Origin: Candidatus Hydrothermales bacterium
GTDB taxonomy: Bacteria; Hydrothermota; Hydrothermia; Hydrothermales; JAJRUZ01
Assembly (NCBI GenBank): GCA_039630575.1
Contig: JBCNUW010000004.1
Coordinates: forward strand, 1 to 64,000
Length of the DNA: 64,000 bases
Direction: 5' to 3'
How positions within the stretch are numbered: the stretch's first letter is position 1; the number at the start of each line of letters is the position of its first letter. Below the pieces are notes generated by a model that had not been told where the DNA came from, searched no databases, and saw nothing but the letters and a program-made list of their open reading frames with translations. A program made the position numbers and the translations under genes. This document shows, piece after piece, positions 47,656 through 55,571 of the stretch.

Positions 47656-48669
47656 TTGAAAAATTTATATTTTTTAATATCTTTTGTAATATTTATCTTA
47701 CAACTTATCCTTTACTCTCCTTTAATAAATTTTAAAGGCAAAGAGGAAAAGTTGTTAATAAAAAGGGGAACTAATCTGAAAGAGTTTTTTAAAATATTAA
47801 AGGAAAAAAAAATTTTAAATAGTAGCCTTTTTTTATTACTTTTAAAAATTTATAATCCAAAGTTTAAAATTTTTGCTGGAGAATGGAGAATTCTTAACTC
47901 AAGGAACGATTTTATTAATTTGAAAAATATAAGTAAGGCTAAAATTAATACACAATTTTTAATTACAATCCCTGAAGGTTATGAATTAAAAAAAATTTTA
48001 AAATTAGTTTCAGAAAAAACCGGAATTGACCTTAATGAATTGAAGGAACTTGCAGAAAATACAGAAAATTTCAAGGAAATATTTAAAGATAACTTACCCA
48101 AAAATCTTGAGGGATACCTTTTTCCTGATACATACATTCTATCATACTATCTTTCACCCAAAGAAATACTTTTAGTCTTTATAAAAAGACTTTTTGAAGT
48201 TTTAAAGGAATTAAATTACGATTCAGTAAAGGATAAAATTGGTTTAAATTTAAATCAAGTTTTAACGTTAGCTTCAATTATTGAGAAGGAAGCAATATAC
48301 GATTTTGAAAAAAAAATCATTTCTTCAGTATACCATAACAGATTAAAAAAAAATATACCATTGCAGGCTGACCCAACGATCCAATACTTACTTCCTGAGC
48401 CACTTTTTCCTTTACCTATTAAGTTTTTGAAAATAATCTCACCCTACAATACTTATATAAATAAGGGCTTACCACCAGCGCCTATATGTTCACCTGGAAA
48501 AGCATCAATAGAAGCAGCTCTATATCCATCAGAAACGGATTATCTTTATTTTGTAGCAAAAGGCGATGGTACACACATCTTTGCAAAAACTTATAAAGAA
48601 CATATTAAAAATAAAAAGCTTGCAAAAGAAGAATGGGTAAAAAAAGGATTAATTAAAAAAAACTATTAA
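47656..48669 (+). CDS. mltG: Endolytic transglycosylase MltG
   Basis: ITIPEG, LEGYLFPDTY, LASIIEKE, LQADPT, SPYNTY..GLPP.PI. Confidence 0.93.
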   Translation: MKNLYFLISFVIFILQLILYSPLINFKGKEEKLLIKRGTNLKEFFKILKEKKILNSSLFLLLLKIYNPKFKIFAGEWRILNSRNDFINLKNISKAKINTQFLITIPEGYELKKILKLVSEKTGIDLNELKELAENTENFKEIFKDNLPKNLEGYLFPDTYILSYYLSPKEILLVFIKRLFEVLKELNYDSVKDKIGLNLNQVLTLASIIEKEAIYDFEKKIISSVYHNRLKKNIPLQADPTIQYLLPEPLFPLPIKFLKIISPYNTYINKGLPPAPICSPGKASIEAALYPSETDYLYFVAKGDGTHIFAKTYKEHIKNKKLAKEEWVKKGLIKKNY

Positions 48670-48671
48670 AA

Positions 48672-49577
48672 TTACTTAAATAAAATTTTAAAAAGCCCCA
48701 TTTGAGCCCACATTCTGTTTTCGGCTTGCTCATAAACTATTGAATAATCTGCATCCAAAACCTCATCGGTAACCTCTTCACCTCTGTGAGCTGGCAAACA
48801 ATGCATAAATTTCACATCATTGTGAGCTTTTTCTATAAGACTTACGTTTACTTGGTATGGCAAGAAAATCTTTTTTCTGATCTCTGCTTCATGTTCCTGT
48901 CCCATAGAAGCCCACACGTCTGTATATATAAATTTAACACCTCTAACAATTTCATAGGGATCATAACTAAAAATTATCTTTGATTTTGTCTTTTTTGCTA
49001 TTTCATTTGCCTTCTCCATAATCTCCTTTTTAGGCTCATAACCTTTAGGAGTAGAAATTCTTATTTCTCCTCCTGTTAAGGCAAAACCCAAAATAAGAGA
49101 ATGACAAACATTGTTCCCATCTCCTACATATAGAAGTGGACCATTCAGATCTCCTGAAAATTCCTTTATAGTCATAAGATCAGCTAAAACTTGGCAAGGA
49201 TGTTCCAAATCAGAAAGAGCATTTATTACCGGGATATTACTCTCTCTTGCAAGAATATTGAGAGTTTCATGAGAATAAACTCTTGAGATAACTGAGTTCA
49301 CCCATCTTTCGAGATTTTTTGCAATGTCCTTTACAGATTCTCTTTTACCCATTCCAACATCCTGTTGCGAGAGGTATATAGAATGGCCACCCAATTTTTT
49401 TATTCCTGCCTCAAAACTTACCCTTGTTCTAAGAGAGGGTTTTTCAAAGATAAGAGCAAAAATTTTATCTTTGAGAAAGTCTTCGCTTTTTCCTTTCTTG
49501 AATTCTTCTGAGTAAGTTAGAATTTGTTTTAATTCAGATGAAGTAATATCTGTTATAGAGAGGAAATCTCTTTTCAT
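48672..49577 (-). CDS. argF: Ornithine carbamoyltransferase
   Basis: KPSLRTR, HPCQ, GDGNNV, TDVWASMG, HCLP. Confidence 0.95.
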   Translation of the reverse strand: MKRDFLSITDITSSELKQILTYSEEFKKGKSEDFLKDKIFALIFEKPSLRTRVSFEAGIKKLGGHSIYLSQQDVGMGKRESVKDIAKNLERWVNSVISRVYSHETLNILARESNIPVINALSDLEHPCQVLADLMTIKEFSGDLNGPLLYVGDGNNVCHSLILGFALTGGEIRISTPKGYEPKKEIMEKANEIAKKTKSKIIFSYDPYEIVRGVKFIYTDVWASMGQEHEAEIRKKIFLPYQVNVSLIEKAHNDVKFMHCLPAHRGEEVTDEVLDADYSIVYEQAENRMWAQMGLFKILFK

Positions 49578-50570
49578 TTATTTTTTCCCCTCAAGTTCAC
49601 TTGCTTTTTTAAGAGCCTCAAGGGCTTCTTTATTTTTTCCCAACCTTGAGTAACAATCAGCAATCAGCTTATATATTTCTGATTTTTCTTTCAAAGACAA
49701 AGATTTTTTATAGTATTCCAACGCCTTTTCATAGCTATTTGTTAAATGATAGGCTCTACCAATATACTCATAAACATCTGCCTCTTCAGGATTCTTTTTG
49801 GCATATTTTTCGAAATAGGCTATTGACTCCTTATATTTTTTTGAAAGAAAGTTTGAAAAGGCAATATTAAAAAGATAATTTATATTTGACGAATCTGATA
49901 AGTAAGCTTCCTTAAAAAATTTTTCTGCCTCTTCATAATTTCTTTTATTTGAATATATTTCACCCAACAATCCATAAAACTTTGACTTTAACTCTTTATT
50001 TATTTCTTTACCTATGTTATTCTTTGCTATTTCTTCAGCTTTATCTGGGTTTTCTTCCATGTAAAACCTAGCAAGGTAATAGGACATAAGAATATCATCC
50101 TTTGCTCTTTTTTGTCCCTCTTCGAGAGTTTCTTTTGCCCTTTTTGCATCACCTTTACTTTGATAAAAGGCAGCAAGATTGATATAAATTTTTGGACTAT
50201 CTGGTTCAATTTCTTTTAATTTTTCAAAACATTTTATTGCAAAGTCATAATTTTTTTCTTGGTTTGCAACAATTCCAGCGTTAAAAAGGGTTGTTTTATC
50301 AATGTCTTCAAGTTTTTTCTTTAATCCCATATCAAAAGATTTAAAAAGATAATTAGCTCCCTCAACATACTTGTTTGTTAAAGTATAGGCTCTTGAAATC
50401 CATAAATATGGTTCAGGGTTTTTTGGCTCTGACTTTGCCCACTTTTCAGCCTCTTCAATCATCTTCTCAAAATTCTGTTGTTGCATATAAATTTTAACTG
50501 CTGTTGAATGAGGATTTGCTGCACAATAAAAAAATATAATTGAAATTAAAAATCCCAATGATTTTTTCAT
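49578..50570 (-). CDS. TPR-repeat lipoprotein
   Basis: Signal ...IIFFY-C; several TPR repeats. Confidence 0.8.
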   Translation of the reverse strand: MKKSLGFLISIIFFYCAANPHSTAVKIYMQQQNFEKMIEEAEKWAKSEPKNPEPYLWISRAYTLTNKYVEGANYLFKSFDMGLKKKLEDIDKTTLFNAGIVANQEKNYDFAIKCFEKLKEIEPDSPKIYINLAAFYQSKGDAKRAKETLEEGQKRAKDDILMSYYLARFYMEENPDKAEEIAKNNIGKEINKELKSKFYGLLGEIYSNKRNYEEAEKFFKEAYLSDSSNINYLFNIAFSNFLSKKYKESIAYFEKYAKKNPEEADVYEYIGRAYHLTNSYEKALEYYKKSLSLKEKSEIYKLIADCYSRLGKNKEALEALKKASELEGKK

Positions 50571-50615
50571 TTAACTTCTCCTTTTATTTTTGGAGTAGAA
50601 CCAAATTCTGCTTAA

Positions 50616-51731
50616 TTATAAATAAAAATTTCTGATTTTTTCACATATGTATAAAATATCTTCATCTTTAAGATAAGGATGACAAGGTAAAGACAAAACT
50701 TCTTTACAAAGTTTTTCAGTTAACGGCAAATATCCTTCTTTATAGCCGTAAAAACTTGCTGCTGGCTGTAAATGGCATGGTATAGGATAATGTATACCTG
50801 TTTCTATACCGTTTTCTTTTAGATACTCCCTTAAATTATCTCTATTTTTAGCACAAATTACAAAAAGGTGATAAACAGATTTTTTATTCTTATCCTCTTT
50901 GATTAATCTCACATGCTCTAAATCCTTGAGATTTTCGAAATAAATTCTCGCTATTTCTCTTCTTCTTGAATTCCATCTATCCAGGTGTTTAAGTTTTAAA
51001 AGTAAAACAGCTGCCTGAATCTCATCCATTCTAAAATTGAAACCCATTATTTTGCTTACATAACTTTTATCTTGTCCATGAACTCTCAAGAGTTTTAATT
51101 TTTCATATATATCGTAATCATTTGTAGATACTCCTCCAGCTTCACCTAGTGCACCGAGGTTTTTAGTATAGTAGAAACTGAAAGCTGATAGATCTCCGAG
51201 ATTACCAACCCTTTTATCCTCATACAAAGCACCATGGGATTGAGCGGAATCTTCAATTAAAACAATTTGAGGGTTATTTTTTTTAATCTCCCAAAATTCT
51301 TTCATATCACAGGGCATACCAAAAAGGTGAACCAAAATTATTCCTTTTGTTCTTTTTGTTAGCTTTGATTTTACATCTTCAGGGTCAATTGTAAAATCAC
51401 TTTCTTTAATTTCAGCAAAAATAGGTTTAGCCCCAACCATCCAAACAGCTTCAAGGACTGCAAAAAATGTAAAAGAAGGTAATATTACCTCATCATTTTC
51501 TTTTATACCTACACTCCTTAAAGCAAGATGAAGTGCATCTGTTCCAGATGAACAACTTAAAAAATATTTACTTCCGCAGTACAGTGCAAATTCTTTTTCA
51601 AATTTCTCTTGGTGAGGACCCAGATAGAGGTTCATGTCTTTGAAGATTTTTCTTAAGAGGGGAAATAGATCCCTTTTTATTTCAAGATAAGAAAGATAGA
51701 GGTTGTGTAGTTTTATTTCTTTTTTTTTCAT
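50616..51731 (-). CDS. DegT/DnrJ/EryC1/StrS sugar aminotransferase
   Basis: SGTDAL, VHLFG, EDSAQSHG, FSFYYTKNLG, GFNFRMDE. Confidence 0.93.
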   Translation of the reverse strand: MKKKEIKLHNLYLSYLEIKRDLFPLLRKIFKDMNLYLGPHQEKFEKEFALYCGSKYFLSCSSGTDALHLALRSVGIKENDEVILPSFTFFAVLEAVWMVGAKPIFAEIKESDFTIDPEDVKSKLTKRTKGIILVHLFGMPCDMKEFWEIKKNNPQIVLIEDSAQSHGALYEDKRVGNLGDLSAFSFYYTKNLGALGEAGGVSTNDYDIYEKLKLLRVHGQDKSYVSKIMGFNFRMDEIQAAVLLLKLKHLDRWNSRRREIARIYFENLKDLEHVRLIKEDKNKKSVYHLFVICAKNRDNLREYLKENGIETGIHYPIPCHLQPAASFYGYKEGYLPLTEKLCKEVLSLPCHPYLKDEDILYICEKIRNFYL

Positions 51732-51774
51732 TTAGAAATTGTGGGTAGATTTAGATTGTTATCTTTTTAAAAAG

Positions 51775-51849
51775 TCGGGGCGCGCGGATTTGAACCGCGG
51801 ACCTCTTGGTCCCAAGCCAAGCGCGCTTTCCGGACTGCGCTACGCCCCG
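51775..51849 (-). tRNA. tRNA-Pro(TGG), CCA not encoded
   Basis: CGGGGCG/CGCCCCG stem, CTTGG-CTTGGGA-CCAAG, GGTTCAAATCC. Confidence 0.95.
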
Positions 51850-51892
51850 CTTCACTTAATTAATTATATTATTAAAATTTTAAAAATACAAC

Positions 51893-51979
51893 TTAATCCC
51901 TAAGCTTTCTATGAAGATAAAAAAGATAAAAAAATATAACTGTCCAAACCACAATGTAAGATATATATAAAAATTTCAT
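51893..51979 (-). CDS. ccmD: Heme exporter small protein CcmD (28 aa; below the ORF-track cutoff)
   Basis: MKFLYISYIVVWTVIFFYLFYLHRKLRD: single TM with Y...W...Y and a basic tail; ATG immediately after the ccmC stop. Confidence 0.78.
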   Translation of the reverse strand: MKFLYISYIVVWTVIFFYLFYLHRKLRD

Positions 51980-52639
51980 TTAAGCTCTCTCCAACTTTTC
52001 GAATAACCTATAACCTATTTTATACCTCAATAAAAATAAAAATAAAAATAAAAATAAATATGGTATAAAACTCAAAAATAAAGCAATCCTCATAGAAGGT
52101 GTGATCAATACATCTCCGGGAGTAAAAGGTGAGGGATGAACTGATCTCCACAACTTAACTGAAAAATAAACAAAAGGAACATCTACATAAATTATTACAC
52201 CTAAAACAGAGGAAAATCTAGCTCTTTTATCTGGTGTTTCAATAAATCTCCTCAAAAGTAGATATGAGGAATAAAGAAAAAACAAAATAAGAGTTGTTGT
52301 TAATCTTGGATCCCAAACCCAGTAATGTCCCCAAACAGCTTTTGCCCATAACATTCCTGTTATAAGTGTGAGAAAATTATATAAAACTCCAATCTCAGCA
52401 GCACTCTCTGAATAAATATCCAACTTCAAATCCTTTTTAAAAAGATATAGGATACTAAAAAGAAAAACTAAAGTAAAAGAGATCATAGAAACCCAAGCTA
52501 ATGGCACATGAATATACATTATTCTAACAAGATCACCCATATTTCTTTCTGGTGGAGTAACAAAAAGAGAAAAATAAAAGATTATATAACCTGTAATTAA
52601 ACCAAAAATTAAAAGAAAAAACTCAACCTTTATTTTCAA
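51980..52639 (-). CDS. ccmC: Cytochrome c maturation protein CcmC
   Basis: RIMYIHVP, TGMLWAKAVWGHYWVWDPRLTT (WWD motif), WRSVHP. Confidence 0.92.
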   Translation of the reverse strand: MKIKVEFFLLIFGLITGYIIFYFSLFVTPPERNMGDLVRIMYIHVPLAWVSMISFTLVFLFSILYLFKKDLKLDIYSESAAEIGVLYNFLTLITGMLWAKAVWGHYWVWDPRLTTTLILFFLYSSYLLLRRFIETPDKRARFSSVLGVIIYVDVPFVYFSVKLWRSVHPSPFTPGDVLITPSMRIALFLSFIPYLFLFLFLFLLRYKIGYRLFEKLERA

Positions 52640-53955
52640 AGTTTCCCAAAAAATTTCTTTAATATTTCTTCAAGAGTTGGTTCACCAATTTCCTGTAATT
52701 CATATCTCACTTTTACCCAAGGTTTACCTATGTCAAACAAATTTGCAAGATTAATAGGTGTACCTATTATCACTGCGTCACAAGGTGTTCTCCTTATTGT
52801 TTCCCTTAACTCCTCTATTTGAATTTCACTGTAGCCCATAGCTGGAAGGACTTTTCCTGTATTAGGATACTTTTCAAAGGTGGATTTTATTGATCCGACC
52901 GCATATGAAATTGGTGACACGATCTCTTTAGCTCCATACTTTTTAGCAGCCACATATGCTGCACCTATATCCATCTCTCCATGAGTAAGAGTTGGACCAT
53001 CTTCAATACATAAAACTCTTTTTTCCCTAATTACATCTGGATTATCCACATAAATCGGAGATGCAGCTTCAACAATCTTTGCACGCGGATTTAAGCGTTC
53101 TATATTTAATCTTAGCTTATATACATTTTCAAAAGGCGCAAAATCTATTTTGTTTATAACCACAACATCTGCCATCCTTATGTTTGTTTCACCTGGATGA
53201 TAGGTTTCTTCATGCCCTAACCTTAAAGGATCAGCCACAACAATATGCAAATCAGGTTTAAAAAAAGGAAAGTCATTATTTCCACCCTCCCATAAAATTA
53301 CATCATTCTCCTTCTCTGCTAATTTCAAAATCTCTTGGTAGTCAACACCTGCATACACAACAAAACCCATAGAGATATGTGGCTCATATTCTTCTCTTTC
53401 TTCAATAGTTGTTTTATATTTAACTAAATCTTCTTTTGAAACAAATTTTTGGACTTTCATTTTATCAAGATCTCCATAGGGCATAGGGTGTCTTACAACT
53501 CCTACTTTTTTTCCTATATCTTTTAAAATTTTCGCTATTTTTCTTGATGTTTGGCTTTTCCCGCTCCCTGTTCTGACAGCACAAACAGAAATAACCTTTT
53601 TTTCTGATTTTAGCATAGTGCTTTCAGGACCTAATATCCAAAAATCTGCACCACAAGCTAAAGCTCTCGAAGCACGATTCATAACATAAACATGGGAAAC
53701 ATCAGAATATGAGAAAACAACAATGTCAACTTTTTTCTCTTTTATTATTTTTTCCATTTCCTCTTCAAGGTAAATAGGTATACCCTCTGGATAAAGTTTT
53801 CCTGCAAGAGAAGGAGGATATTTTCTTCCCTCAATTCCTGGTATCTGTGTGGCTGTAAATCCTATAACTTTATAATTTTCATTATCCCTAAAAAAAACAT
53901 TAAAGTTATGAAAATCTCTTCCAGCAGCACCAAGTATCAAAACTCTTTTTACCAT
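52636..53955 (-). CDS. Arginine synthetase (ArcE)-like / cDPGS-related P-loop protein
   Basis: GAAGRDFHNFN, FTATQIP, AVRTGSGKSQTSR, RHPMPYGDL, EEREEYEPH, GGNND, EDGPTLTHG, LPAMGY. Confidence 0.8.
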   Translation of the reverse strand: MVKRVLILGAAGRDFHNFNVFFRDNENYKVIGFTATQIPGIEGRKYPPSLAGKLYPEGIPIYLEEEMEKIIKEKKVDIVVFSYSDVSHVYVMNRASRALACGADFWILGPESTMLKSEKKVISVCAVRTGSGKSQTSRKIAKILKDIGKKVGVVRHPMPYGDLDKMKVQKFVSKEDLVKYKTTIEEREEYEPHISMGFVVYAGVDYQEILKLAEKENDVILWEGGNNDFPFFKPDLHIVVADPLRLGHEETYHPGETNIRMADVVVINKIDFAPFENVYKLRLNIERLNPRAKIVEAASPIYVDNPDVIREKRVLCIEDGPTLTHGEMDIGAAYVAAKKYGAKEIVSPISYAVGSIKSTFEKYPNTGKVLPAMGYSEIQIEELRETIRRTPCDAVIIGTPINLANLFDIGKPWVKVRYELQEIGEPTLEEILKKFFGKL

Positions 53956-53992
53956 CTTATATTACCTCCCTATATATACTTTATAATTAAAA

Positions 53993-55531
53993 ATGCTTTT
54001 CAAGAAGTTAATTTTAAATCTTGAAGAAAAGAAATTTCAAAAGGAGCATTTTTTATATTTAATAAGTTCTTTATTAATAAGAGACTTACTTGAAAGTGCT
54101 CTTGAAGGTGATTTTAAAATCTTCCGAACTCCCTCCCTTTACGAGTCTCTCCTTTTTACAATACATCACTTATTTTTTTATTCATCCCTTATTTTAATTC
54201 TTGTTCTTTTTATTTCATATCTTTTAAAAGAAAAAAAGGAAAAGGTCTTAATTGTTTTTATATATTTTTCACCTCTTGTTATTATCGCTCCAATCTTTGA
54301 CTTTCTTTTAGGTGGTGGAAAAATACTTTCTTATCCCACCTCAATAAAGGACTTACTATTAGGCTTATTAAAAGGAGAATTCGAAAAACAAGGTATTTCA
54401 GAAGGACAACTTTTTGAGGTAATTACCATATGTTTTTTTATAGCACTTTATGTTTATCTAAAAAGCAAAAATATTTTAAAACTAATTCTTTCTTTTTTGG
54501 GTTCTTTTATAATAATTTTAACTTTTGGAGGTTTTCCAGGGTATTTCATTGAAATTTTTAAAGAAGGTGGCTACATATTCTCACATAACTCTAAACAAGG
54601 ACTTTTATATGCCTTAATAACAATTATAACAATCCCTCTTTTTTTCAAAATAGAAATAACCTATAATGAACTTTTTACTTTTTCAGTGTGGGGGTATCTT
54701 TCATCTTTGTTCAAAATTTTACTATTAAAAACAAAATACGATATACCTTCTCCCTTATTTCCCTTTGATTATATTTCAGTTATAGTCTTACCAATCTTAG
54801 TCTTGGTTAAAAATAAAAAAAATATTTATTACTTTACAATTTCTCTTTTAATAGTGTTTTTGATTGGTGAAATACCTTTTATTTTCTTTATTCTCTTTCT
54901 TATTATCGATAACACTACCTTTAATCACACTGTTAAAAGGATAATTTCAGCAAATGTTATTTTCCTGTCAGGGTCATCAGTTTTTTTTGGTAACTATTCA
55001 CATTTAGTCCATCCTTTCTTTTTTCCATTTTTGTTATCTTTTTTGGTAATAATTAGAAAAAGATTAATAAGAGAATTAATTTTAAATTCGCTCTTTTTAA
55101 TTTTAACACTTTTAACTTACGAAAGGAGCTTCTGGGTAAGATCTATAAACCTTAACGAAAATTTCATAACAAAAAGTGAATATAGGCACTATTACCTTTA
55201 TTTAAAATATTTAGATAGTTATTCCTTCTTAAGAACAGTCAACATTTTAATTGAAACAAAAAATTATGAGAACATACCCTTTTTAATCGAAAAATTCAAA
55301 AAAGAAAAATCTCTGGGAGACTATTACTTTTACAGGTCGCTTATAGGAGCAATATTTAATGAAGATATTATTAAGCTAAAAAATTTATCTAAACTTGCAC
55401 TTATCTTTGGAAACCCCCTTTGTCTTCCTTTAATTTCCAAAATTTTTGACTTATCCGATGAAAATGAGAAAGCTTTAATTTTTTTAAAAAGAAGTTTGAA
55501 ACATAATATCTATGGAAAATATAATTTTTAA
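53993..55531 (+). CDS. Hypothetical polytopic membrane protein with helical C-terminal domain
   Basis: About 12 hydrophobic segments followed by a TPR-like tail; no recognised catalytic motif. Confidence 0.65.
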   Translation: MLFKKLILNLEEKKFQKEHFLYLISSLLIRDLLESALEGDFKIFRTPSLYESLLFTIHHLFFYSSLILILVLFISYLLKEKKEKVLIVFIYFSPLVIIAPIFDFLLGGGKILSYPTSIKDLLLGLLKGEFEKQGISEGQLFEVITICFFIALYVYLKSKNILKLILSFLGSFIIILTFGGFPGYFIEIFKEGGYIFSHNSKQGLLYALITIITIPLFFKIEITYNELFTFSVWGYLSSLFKILLLKTKYDIPSPLFPFDYISVIVLPILVLVKNKKNIYYFTISLLIVFLIGEIPFIFFILFLIIDNTTFNHTVKRIISANVIFLSGSSVFFGNYSHLVHPFFFPFLLSFLVIIRKRLIRELILNSLFLILTLLTYERSFWVRSINLNENFITKSEYRHYYLYLKYLDSYSFLRTVNILIETKNYENIPFLIEKFKKEKSLGDYYFYRSLIGAIFNEDIIKLKNLSKLALIFGNPLCLPLISKIFDLSDENEKALIFLKRSLKHNIYGKYNF

Positions 55532-55571
55532 AAAGAGGTTGAAATCCTATCTTTAAAAATTTTTATTAAAA

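Noticed and set aside
52029..52058. (AATAAA)n tandem repeat in ccmC as a contingency locus
   Set aside because: The 6-bp unit keeps the frame and simply encodes an LF-repeat TM helix.
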